From the IMG/VR virus record IMGVR_UViG_3300031758_000036, positions 1 through 64,000 of that record: 64,000 nt of DNA; one strand, 5' to 3'. The notes beneath the pieces are model-generated. The model was given only the letters and a program-made list of their open reading frames with translations, searched no databases and was not told the origin of the DNA. Origin of the DNA: a virus. Below, one piece after another: positions 9,375 to 16,928 of the stretch (within the stretch, counting starts at the first letter, position 1; each line of letters begins with the position of its first letter). The translations under genes and the position numbers were made by a program.

Positions 9375-10082
9375 TTAATTAGCCATCGCATAACGGTTCT
9401 TGCTACGCCCGTGAGCATAGATCACTACGTTAGCAGAATTACCATCGCACAATGAACAAACGGAACATTCTGTTTTGTGGCCACGTTCATCGGACGCCGC
9501 ACAATGAACAGTCCCGACAGGATCAACAGAATCTACAGGTGTGACCAGATAGGTCTTCCAACCGTTAGTAGTTGCTTCCAAATAATCACTAAAACCATCG
9601 CAGGAGGCTTGTGCAATGCCTTTCATATATTGCGCCCACGGTTGACGCCATTGATGAGTGTAGGCTGTATGTGTACGGCTTCTCAGTAGCGGCTCAGTCC
9701 ATACATTAGCGGGTACCATTGCGCCATCGCCAGCAGAACCGATCCGCAGGGCGACATTATCAAATAGGTGCCAATCGTTACCGATGTGAGCATAGTTACC
9801 ACGCTTGTAGCAGTTCCATACACTGAGCGGGCCTTGATACCAGATAACGTAGCAAGTTGCTTCGTTATATCCAGCGTGCGTACAGTTGCCACATACTGAT
9901 CGACCGAGGCCATTTTTAAACGCCTCGTTTGGTTTAACATCTTGGCGCATGATCCACGTTTGAATCATCGCACCGGTTTTACTGTTACTACTGGAATCCT
10001 CAAATCCTGTTGCAATTACAACAATCGGAGCGCCGTCTAAGTTAGACGGACCCTCCCAAATAATGCGGCCGTTGTTGTTCAT
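9375..10082 (-). CDS. Cys-rich phage protein (gp88-like, possible Fe-S/metal binding)
   Basis: IWEGPS.LDG.PIVVIATG, SNSKTGAMIQTWI, VCGNC, CSVCSLC, IYAHG; promoter TTGCAA-N17-TAAATT. Confidence 0.7.
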   Translation of the reverse strand: MNNNGRIIWEGPSNLDGAPIVVIATGFEDSSSNSKTGAMIQTWIMRQDVKPNEAFKNGLGRSVCGNCTHAGYNEATCYVIWYQGPLSVWNCYKRGNYAHIGNDWHLFDNVALRIGSAGDGAMVPANVWTEPLLRSRTHTAYTHQWRQPWAQYMKGIAQASCDGFSDYLEATTNGWKTYLVTPVDSVDPVGTVHCAASDERGHKTECSVCSLCDGNSANVVIYAHGRSKNRYAMAN

Positions 10083-10269
10083 TTGGGTTAGCCCAGTTTT
10101 GGACTCTTCAAATTTAGCACACGATCCGGAAATTTGCAACCGGAAAATCCTGCAGGAAATTATTGACAAAAATTAGAGAAAATTAGCATTGAAATAATTG
10201 TTAACAAATAGCCGAATCGGGCTGCCTTGCGCTAGTATGGTGAGCGTGAATGAACCTGACTTCGTTCAT

Positions 10270-10419
10270 TCACGATCTCTCGCCTGGATCTACTATATTT
10301 ATCTCACACAGAATGCGGTCCTCAAACATAGAATCGCAGAGGTCCGTAGCCTCATCAGCCGAAGCATACGGACCATATACGTTGCCGTCCTCATCAGTAA
10401 CAACGTAGAACTGCGTCAT
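10270..10419 (-). CDS. Small acidic protein (49 aa, not in ORF track)
   Basis: MTQFYVVTDEDGNVYGPYASADEA...PGERS*; starts next to the previous stop and its TGA lies inside the repeat at 10240-10279. Confidence 0.65.
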   Translation of the reverse strand: MTQFYVVTDEDGNVYGPYASADEATDLCDSMFEDRILCEINIVDPGERS

Positions 10420-10761
10420 TTATCCATATACAATTTCCTTAAAACAAGCTACTTGGATAATAGCATCAGCAGCATATCCGTCAATATACCCATAATCATT
10501 TTCCTTAATTGCTGCCATTATATCGGCGCGAATATTATCAGAAATTTCAACTCTATTTTCAGTAATAAGTGCAATAGCACGCTCGGCATCTGACTTACAG
10601 ACTGTATGAATTTCAGCCCCCTCTTCACAAGAAAGGGAATAGATCTCGCTGACAGCATCATACTCTGCCTCGTCAACCCAGTAACCGATAGCATAGCCGG
10701 CGGTGTCGAAGATGTCAGCGAAGTCGTCGCTTGTTAGGTTGAAATTAATTGTAATTTGCAT
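10420..10761 (-). CDS. Hypothetical acidic phage protein
   Basis: IGYW...ID..AADAIIQVACFKEIVYG; GGAGG RBS. Confidence 0.75.
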   Translation of the reverse strand: MQITINFNLTSDDFADIFDTAGYAIGYWVDEAEYDAVSEIYSLSCEEGAEIHTVCKSDAERAIALITENRVEISDNIRADIMAAIKENDYGYIDGYAADAIIQVACFKEIVYG

Positions 10762-10764
10762 GGC

Positions 10765-10950
10765 TCAAACCTCCATCAGATCGGCGTAACCGGCATCCAG
10801 AGCATCCTCAAGCTCGGTTACTAGGCCATCAAAGTCTTCACTGGCTGGCAGAACTGTAATCAGAACGTCTACCAAACCACCGTATTCCTCGCGCAAACTA
10901 TTCAGGTAGTCTGCGCGATCGATGAAGCCGTTGTCGGTGTAAACAGTCAT
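10765..10950 (-). CDS. Small acidic hypothetical protein
   Basis: MTVYTDNGFIDRADYL...EDFDGLVTELED; promoter TTGCCA-N17-TATCAT. Confidence 0.7.
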   Translation of the reverse strand: MTVYTDNGFIDRADYLNSLREEYGGLVDVLITVLPASEDFDGLVTELEDALDAGYADLMEV

Positions 10951-11062
10951 GGGTGAACCCGGTTGACTCCCTAATGATAGCACTGCTGGCAAATGTTGGC
11001 AAGCCTGGCTCCGGCGCGTTGCGAATTGTGACCGTGAGCAGCAACCGTAGGGCCGCTCACGG

Positions 11063-11350
11063 TCACGCGTCTTCTGGCTTCAGTTCAGTGATCTGGCCGT
11101 CAACCTTGATGCGGAACACGCGGCGAGCATCGAAACTGCGCCATTGACCCAACTTGATATCCATGATCTTGAAGTTGTTAAGCTTCGTGACAGGATCCTT
11201 AATCGGGTGGCCAGTGCCCAGTACTTGACCCTTGTGCAGCGGATTGAACGTCAGTTGACGCTCGCTGCCATCGGCCTTGATGAAATTGACAGAAACCAAG
11301 TGGGAGCCGGCTTCTGAAATTTTTGCGCGGATAACTTCGTGGTTAGACAT
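11063..11350 (-). CDS. WYL-like / SH3 beta-barrel phage protein
   Basis: VSVNFIKADGSERQL...MDIKLGQWRSF; stop codon supplied by the repeat arm. Confidence 0.75.
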   Translation of the reverse strand: MSNHEVIRAKISEAGSHLVSVNFIKADGSERQLTFNPLHKGQVLGTGHPIKDPVTKLNNFKIMDIKLGQWRSFDARRVFRIKVDGQITELKPEDA

Positions 11351-11480
11351 GGGTGGTTCCCTGTTCTGGAAAAATCCTAGCACAGATCGGGCCGGGTGCG
11401 GACGCGAGCTGATCGTGAGCAATGACCGTAGGGCCGCTCACGCTCACGGTGTGTTATCATTCAATCAGGAGGGAAGACCC

Positions 11481-11639
11481 ATGTCAGTCACTGAATCTTT
11501 CGAACGCTTCCTTGCTCTGGAGGAACAATCCCTGGAGCGCATCGAGACCCTGCTGGCCAGCATCCGTGAGGATATTGCCTGGCTGGAAGCCCTGGATGCC
11601 GATGAACAGGCGCTGGAGGTGACATGTAACGAGGTGTGA
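11481..11639 (+). CDS. Small acidic coiled-coil protein (inverted cassette)
   Basis: AGGAGG RBS, extended -10 TGnTATCAT, TGA inside the left arm of repeat 11636-11674. Confidence 0.75.
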   Translation: MSVTESFERFLALEEQSLERIETLLASIREDIAWLEALDADEQALEVTCNEV

Positions 11640-11678
11640 CCGTGATCAATGACCGTAGGGCCGCTCACGCTCACCATT

Positions 11679-11885
11679 TCACCTAACGGAAAAATCCAAT
11701 GAACGCCACCGAATTGAACGCCAAAGCTCAAGAATTGCTGGACGCGATCTGGGGACCGATCTCGGAATTTCAAGCCATGCGTAACGACTCTGGCCCCGTT
11801 TCCTGGGATGCAGCCAGTGAGGCCCGTAACTGGCTTGATAAGCTTTGTGAAATCGAGTACGTGCTAGAGTCTTGATCGTGAACAA
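11679..11885 (-). CDS. Possible small basic protein
   Basis: ORF fills the space between two repeats, but the start lies in a repeat and there is no clear RBS. Confidence 0.35.
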   Translation of the reverse strand: MFTIKTLARTRFHKAYQASYGPHWLHPRKRGQSRYAWLEIPRSVPRSRPAILELWRSIRWRSLDFSVR

Positions 11886-11906
11886 TGACCGGAGGGCCGC
11901 TCACGC

Positions 11907-12179
11907 TCACTCGTAATCGCGTCGCCGCGTGCTATCCCATTCAGCCTGCTCGCAACGGGCAGTGTGCCACAGGTCGCGTAAATCGTAGGCGAACAGATTT
12001 AGAATTTCGTAGGTGACGCATTGCAGCCCCTCTTGGATGCATTCGCTGTCAACGTCATCTAGGACACTAAACACCCAGGCTGCATCAATCTCAGTGAGAT
12101 CGCTGGGAATGTCAAAGTCGGACAGGTCGTCTAGATGGGCCCACAGGGGGCTGAGATCGACTGCAGTGGCTGTGGTCAT
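11907..12179 (-). CDS. Acidic hypothetical early protein
   Basis: GGAG RBS, TTGCGC-N17-TATGCT promoter, stop in the repeat arm. Confidence 0.75.
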   Translation of the reverse strand: MTTATAVDLSPLWAHLDDLSDFDIPSDLTEIDAAWVFSVLDDVDSECIQEGLQCVTYEILNLFAYDLRDLWHTARCEQAEWDSTRRRDYE

Positions 12180-12277
12180 TGGATTGGCTCCATTGGATGT
12201 GACTAGCATAGCCTGTTTGGCGGCCAGGCGCAAGTGCTGTAACTGATCGTGATCAATGACCGTAGGGCCGTTCACGC

Positions 12278-12517
12278 TCATGCCTTGGAGCGTAGCACCG
12301 GCTGGCTGTAGGTGTCAACAACCAGCTCCAACCACTGCCGCGCAACGGTTCCGGCTTTGCAGATGTCGCGAGCCAGGAGCACGGTCTCACGTGAGACCGT
12401 ATCGGCAGTGCCGCTGATGAGAGCCCAGGCATCGGCCCAGGTGGTAGGGGTGGCCTGCAGGACCTCATAAGCCTGCAGGATTTCAGCCTTGGTGGAGCGG
12501 GAAGTGATCTGAGCCAT
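12278..12517 (-). CDS. Hypothetical early protein
   Basis: MAQITSRSTKAEILQAY; stop in the repeat arm. Confidence 0.75.
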   Translation of the reverse strand: MAQITSRSTKAEILQAYEVLQATPTTWADAWALISGTADTVSRETVLLARDICKAGTVARQWLELVVDTYSQPVLRSKA

Positions 12518-12583
12518 GATGGGTAGTCCCTGTTGGATGGTGAGCGTGATCAATGACCGTAGGGCCGTTCGCGATCACAATTC

Positions 12584-12627
12584 GGAAAATTCCTGGGGAA
12601 AATTCCTGGGGAAATTCCTGGGAATTT
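12584..12627. repeat. Short tandem repeat of about 12-13 bp, three copies
   Basis: (GGAAAATTCCTGG)-type units. Confidence 0.8.
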
Positions 12628-12899
12628 CAGTAGCGGATTTCTCCGGGCAGAACGGGACGCAAGTTCAGCGGCTCACGGGCGGATTCATAGCAGTCCAACT
12701 CGGTCTTCAATTGCCTGGCTTTCTCCCGCATCAGCGCGACATCGGCAAGCGGTGCGCGGTTCACTAGAACCTCCCCTTCAAACAGGGTATCATTCAGTAA
12801 TCCGACCTTGGCGATAGCATCCTCGATTGCCAGCCAGGCTTCGTCAAAGGCCTGACTGTAGGCGGCGGTGGCGTGAGCGGGGCAGAGTGTGGCTGTCAT
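12627..12899 (-). CDS. Hypothetical early protein
   Basis: GGGAG RBS, TTGACA-N16-TAGACT promoter. Confidence 0.7.
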   Translation of the reverse strand: MTATLCPAHATAAYSQAFDEAWLAIEDAIAKVGLLNDTLFEGEVLVNRAPLADVALMREKARQLKTELDCYESAREPLNLRPVLPGEIRY

Positions 12900-12990
12900 G
12901 GTGGGTTCTCCCGGTAACTTGGTCAGTCTACAGGATGGTGGGCAGATGTCAACGGGTGAGCGTGATCAATGACCGCAGGGCCGTTCGCGA

Positions 12991-13404
12991 TCACGCTGCG
13001 AGCCGCTCTGCCTGCTGCAGGAACCAGTTATCGGCATCTAAGCGCATCGGCCACTCCTCAGAGCCCTCCCAAGGCGCCGTGGTGGTATGCCACTCCTAAT
13101 CAGTCTGGGAGATGCCCTCACCCGGCACGAAGGCCCGTAGCAGGGCGTTCAGGCGGCTCTTAGTGGTGGATGTGCGGTACCCGCAATCAAACAGGGAGAT
13201 CCTCATGATGCCGGGTTCGACAAGTCCGATCCGATGGCCGTGCAGCAGGATCTCAACGTGCCGATGGTGGCTGAGGGTGCCACCGATGCCGTGGTGTTTA
13301 ACGGTGACTTCGGTGTTGCCGCACTTGAGCAGTCGGCCGGCCTTGTGGGAGTCGCTCAGGGCGGAACGGATGGCTTGGATCATCCGGGCTTCAGTCTTGC
13401 GCAT
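12991..13404 (-). pseudogene. Phage early protein interrupted by an in-frame TAG at 13096-13098
   Basis: MRKTE...LHGHRI...TTKSRLNALL...ISQTD*EWHTT...RLAA*; frame stays open for 34 more sense codons to a TGA in the repeat arm; promoter TTGACA-N18-TAGTCT. Confidence 0.6.
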
Positions 13405-13748
13405 GGGGGTGTTCCCTCTGGGGTTAACAGGAGACTAGCGTGGATTGAATCGAGGTGTCAACAGGATGGCGATCGTGAGCATTGACCGTAGGGCCGTTCG
13501 CGATCACGGTTTGCCCCTGAAGGCGAAAATTTGGACCTCGCTGGTTCGGCGCTCCGGAACGGCATGATCGTGAAGTCCCTGAATTACTAAATCCGGCCAG
13601 ATCGCCGCCCTGAGCTGCAATGTGAGCGTGAAAACAATCGACCGCAGGGCCGTTCGCGATCACGGTTCCTGATTAGCTGGTGAGCGGTGCTTGCAGGATG
13701 AGCGTGAACAGCCCCTGTCACCCGCCCACCCGCCCCACGATCACAATT

Positions 13749-13806
13749 CGTAACATAAGGATTACTGATGTTACAATTCCGCAACATAAGAGTTGCTGAT
13801 GTTACA
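13749..13806. promoter_or_regulatory. Two palindromic operator-like sites, 31 bp apart
   Basis: ATAAGGATTACTGAT at 13755 and ATAAGAGTTGCTGAT at 13786, each followed by GTTACA. Confidence 0.6.
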
Positions 13807-13862
13807 GTGCTGTCGCGGATTGTGACATAACGGTAGCGTTATGGTGCTATGGCGTTTGCATT

Positions 13863-13887
13863 AAAAAGGCCCTGAGATTTCAGGGCC
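13863..13887 (-). terminator. Rho-independent terminator
   Basis: GGCCCTGA stem-loop followed by a T-run on the minus strand. Confidence 0.7.
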
Positions 13888-13897
13888 ATTCTTGTCG

Positions 13898-14236
13898 TTA
13901 ATTCTCGCTGATTAGGTACCGGCAAAAATATAGAGAATCCTCGGGGATCTCGTTATTTTCTGGGACGTTCTCGATTGAACACCACTTGGTGCCGTCTGAT
14001 TCCTCACTCCTCCAGGTGGAAGGGGCGAAGTCAATGCAGGCAAGATCCTCTCGGATCAGTTGCATCAATTCAGTCCGATTGACGCACCAATGAAGCCAGG
14101 CCTCGATATTCCGTCCGCTTGGTGATACCTCGGCACGAATGTACCAGTCGGTATCGATCGAGCAGTAGCTGAGGGCGTTCTCCAACATCTTGCCGTCAAT
14201 CAGTGTCGCCTTGGCGGTGGTCGGTGCTGCGATCAT
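13898..14236 (-). CDS. Hypothetical early protein
   Basis: 112-aa ORF, leader GGAATCATCCAA-ATG. Confidence 0.7.
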   Translation of the reverse strand: MIAAPTTAKATLIDGKMLENALSYCSIDTDWYIRAEVSPSGRNIEAWLHWCVNRTELMQLIREDLACIDFAPSTWRSEESDGTKWCSIENVPENNEIPEDSLYFCRYLISEN

Positions 14237-14290
14237 TTGGATGATTCCAGAAAGTAAGAAAGGGGGGGACCCTTAAGGGTCCCCTGTTGC

Positions 14291-14581
14291 TCACTGCCAG
14301 TCGCGCCAGGCTTCGTGATTCATTTGCCAGAGCAGGTCGCCGATGGCGCCTGTCTTCAGGAAGTCGAACCACTGGGTTTTGCAGGCGTATTCTGCGCGGC
14401 CCATCAGGCCGGGCAGGTCGCTGAGGTCAGCCAGCAGCAGCGGCGGCAGTCCGGCATCGTAGCCGGCTACAACAGCATCCTGCCGGAGGTCCAGGGCAGC
14501 CCAGAGCAGGGCGACAAGGGCGGAGCGACCGTCATCACGGGCGGCCTTGAAGGCGTACCGGACGGTGTTAGCGATGGTCAT
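14291..14581 (-). CDS. Hypothetical early protein
   Basis: 96-aa ORF, leader GGAATCATCCTTC-ATG, hairpin downstream at about 14265-14284. Confidence 0.7.
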   Translation of the reverse strand: MTIANTVRYAFKAARDDGRSALVALLWAALDLRQDAVVAGYDAGLPPLLLADLSDLPGLMGRAEYACKTQWFDFLKTGAIGDLLWQMNHEAWRDWQ

Positions 14582-14719
14582 GAAGGATGATTCCGTTGTT
14601 AAGGTGCGTGCGATCGGTTTCCCTCTCGCATGCCTGTATCCTAGCGCCCGTGCCCGCCGATCGGGGCCATTGTGAAGGATTGCAACAATGATCTTTCCTT
14701 ATCAGTCGCTGCGCGACAG

Positions 14720-14813
14720 ATCAGCAACCCTGATCGATCAGCACCGCTGATGTCACAAGCGTGTAACATCAGCATCGCTTATGTTACAAATCCGACACAT
14801 TAGCATTGCTGAT
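14720..14813. promoter_or_regulatory. Array of palindromic operator-like sites ATYAGC-N3-SCTKAT
   Basis: Copies at 14720, 14737, 14768 and 14799; the last three are spaced exactly 31 bp apart. Confidence 0.65.
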
Positions 14814-15065
14814 GTGTGATCGTGGGGGTTATGGCGTACGGGTGTGGCGCCACGATCACGATGCGGTGCTGCGCTCCTGCCTGAGCCTGTCACTGGGCCT
14901 CCAGCAAGAGCTGGCGGCGACTAAATTCCACCGAGTTGCCGGCGGATTCGCCAGGTACCCCCACCCCGATTTTCGGATTCTCTCCTCTAGGTTATCCCCC
15001 CGCAAAATTTTTCAAAAAATTTGAATTGGGACACTAAGCAATAAACCAGTCTTACAGCGGTACAG

Positions 15066-15248
15066 ATGATTCATCCAGAGTTACCGGAGGGAATCAAGGG
15101 TATTTTAGAGGAGTTACAGCATTCCAGTATCAGTTTAGTATGGTGTAAGGGGTGTGGGTGTAACAGACCAGTGAACAGTAAGTATGTGGAATACCTTGGT
15201 GATGGTATTGAGGGGTGTCGATTTTGCCAATCGGAGTATTATAAATAG
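15066..15248 (+). CDS. Small zinc-binding protein
   Basis: CKGC...CRFC motifs. Confidence 0.6.
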   Translation: MIHPELPEGIKGILEELQHSSISLVWCKGCGCNRPVNSKYVEYLGDGIEGCRFCQSEYYK

Positions 15249-15295
15249 TGTATCAGTGGATGTGGGAAGTATAATGTATTGCGCACAGGGATGAA

Positions 15296-15805
15296 GTGAG
15301 TAATTCTCCATTATTACCATATTATAATGGATTAATATTAAGTCGTAGTGGGCAGACGGTCAGTGTTGTGGATGGCAGGATAGAAGCGGATACCAGCAGT
15401 GGGAGTAAATATTTAGTAAAGGTATTTGTATCACAAGGTGCTGAGATTGTCAATATACCAAAGGAAGTAGAATTAGGGCAGGAGATACCTGGAGCGAGTG
15501 GATATGCGTACAGTTATAAGGGATATGCGCTGAGTGTTTCAGTTGTAAGCAGTGGATTTGAGTTAGATGCCAGTATTGGATTACAGGGTAATGTAAGTGG
15601 ATTAACGTTTAGCGATATTACGGGTCATCCGGGGTATCTCAAGAATGGGGTCAGGGGAGACATTTTACTGGGTTTAGATAAGGTGAATCATTATCAGATT
15701 ATAAATACTGGTGGAGTATATAATGGTGTTGGAATTGACGAGTTAATATATAATGAAATAAGTGGAGTACCGATCAGGCTGAGTGTTGGCGGGGTGTATA
15801 TATAA
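15296..15805 (+). CDS. Putative head-closure/neck protein
   Basis: Beta-rich 169 aa at the start of the late cluster; function inferred from position. Confidence 0.45.
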   Translation: MSNSPLLPYYNGLILSRSGQTVSVVDGRIEADTSSGSKYLVKVFVSQGAEIVNIPKEVELGQEIPGASGYAYSYKGYALSVSVVSSGFELDASIGLQGNVSGLTFSDITGHPGYLKNGVRGDILLGLDKVNHYQIINTGGVYNGVGIDELIYNEISGVPIRLSVGGVYI

Positions 15806-16299
15806 TGGGTGTTAAAATAAGTGGTGGTGGTTATAAGGCACCAAAATTAAAGTCATATCGTACCAGTGTAGATTTAAGTATTGATTTAGATATTAAGATA
15901 AAGATGCCATCTGATGGTGCATCGATTATAACGGATAAGATTGATGAGGCAACGAATTTAGCGTTAAATATCATATCATCAGAGATTGGTGGATATTTAA
16001 ATGATGCGATATCATCAAGTATATGGGGTGGTAGTGATCCAGATATTGTTGATAGCGGTAAATTACGTAATTCGTTAACGGTTACCAGGAGTGGATCCAG
16101 TATTATTATCAGTTATGACGAACCGTATGCGAAGTTAATACATTATGGTGGATATATTGTACCATATGGTAATGAGAGTGCTGCCAGGAAGTACATTGAA
16201 GGTAAGCCATGGGTGGAATCAATTATATTTGGCAATGGTCCGATTGCTGGATATGATTACCAGGAGGCATACAACAGGGCGATAGCAGCAATTCGATAG
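15805..16299 (+). CDS. Tail completion protein (HK97 gp10-like)
   Basis: IVDSGKLRNSL...YDEPYAKLIHYGG...KPW. Confidence 0.75.
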   Translation: MGVKISGGGYKAPKLKSYRTSVDLSIDLDIKIKMPSDGASIITDKIDEATNLALNIISSEIGGYLNDAISSSIWGGSDPDIVDSGKLRNSLTVTRSGSSIIISYDEPYAKLIHYGGYIVPYGNESAARKYIEGKPWVESIIFGNGPIAGYDYQEAYNRAIAAIR

Positions 16300-16355
16300 A
16301 GTGGTTATAAAAATGGTAAACTGACGAGTGATTGTTTTCAGTTTGGATTCAAGAT

Positions 16356-16928
16356 ATGGGTAAGTTACCGTTTGTTGTTGCTCCTCGGTTGCAGCCAATT
16401 ATTGAACGTATTGGTACGCAGGAGTCGGGTATTATTGAAATTGAACGAAGGGGATATTTAACGAGTGGTGAGAAAAATTTTGTGCAACAAATTGTCCAAC
16501 AAGATAGGGGTACATTAAAATTAATTGATTTAGCGCGTAAGGTATCGCGAGATAAGGGTTATGATTTACAGCGAGCATATGAATTAATTGTATCAGCGAT
16601 TACTGGTACTGATAAGACGGAAGAAGCGGAGGTTATTGAAAGCGAATATTCGGAGAACATCCAGGAGGCAATCAAGGAGATCACGATTTCCAAATCGAGG
16701 GAGGACTTAGTAATGGCGGCATGTTTAATTACGAATCGGATTGATTCTGAATTTGACATAAATGACATTATGCAAATCCATCCTGATATTGTTAGCGAAT
16801 TAGCGCAACTATATCGAGATGAGGAGATGAAATCAATTGAACGTTTACAAGAGTCAGGAGATGAGCAAAAGGAGGAGCCAAAGATTGAGCAAATCGAAAA
16901 AAAGCGCAGGGCTCCGAAGGGGATCTAA
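16356..16928 (+). CDS. Tail assembly chaperone (G)
   Basis: Ends just after the slippery heptamer A AAA AAG at 16898-16904. Confidence 0.7.
   Translation: MGKLPFVVAPRLQPIIERIGTQESGIIEIERRGYLTSGEKNFVQQIVQQDRGTLKLIDLARKVSRDKGYDLQRAYELIVSAITGTDKTEEAEVIESEYSENIQEAIKEITISKSREDLVMAACLITNRIDSEFDINDIMQIHPDIVSELAQLYRDEEMKSIERLQESGDEQKEEPKIEQIEKKRRAPKGI

Larger units (their letters stand above)
6450..14859. repeat. Dispersed array of 14 palindromic 39-47 bp repeats separating small genes
   Basis: Copies at 6450-6488, 8416-8458, 10240-10279, 11028-11066, 11409-11447, 11636-11674, 11872-11910, 12243-12281, 12540-12578, 12956-12994, 13469-13507, 13622-13663, 13698-13744, 14816-14859; core consensus GTGAKCGTGADCAATGACCGTAGGGCCGYTCRCGMTCAC. 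Confidence 0.95.

Noticed and set aside
13096-13098. Genome-wide TAG reassignment
   Set aside because: Other genes appear to end normally at TAG (e.g. 17536, 28688, 39139), long ORFs are intact in the standard code, and no suppressor tRNA was recognised
11028-13663. CRISPR array interpretation of the 39-bp repeats
   Set aside because: Intervals are about 115-475 bp, irregular and contain whole genes; no cas genes were recognised
11028-13663. Repeats as rho-independent terminators
   Set aside because: No U-tract on either side; separate canonical terminators exist at about 6546, 9021 and 13863
13749-14813. NtcA boxes
   Set aside because: GTA...TAC spacing does not match GTA-N8-TAC
6450-14859. 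Repeats as cyanobacterial HIP1 sites
   Set aside because: Arms contain GCGATC/GATCG but not the full GCGATCGC octamer, and conservation extends over 39 bp
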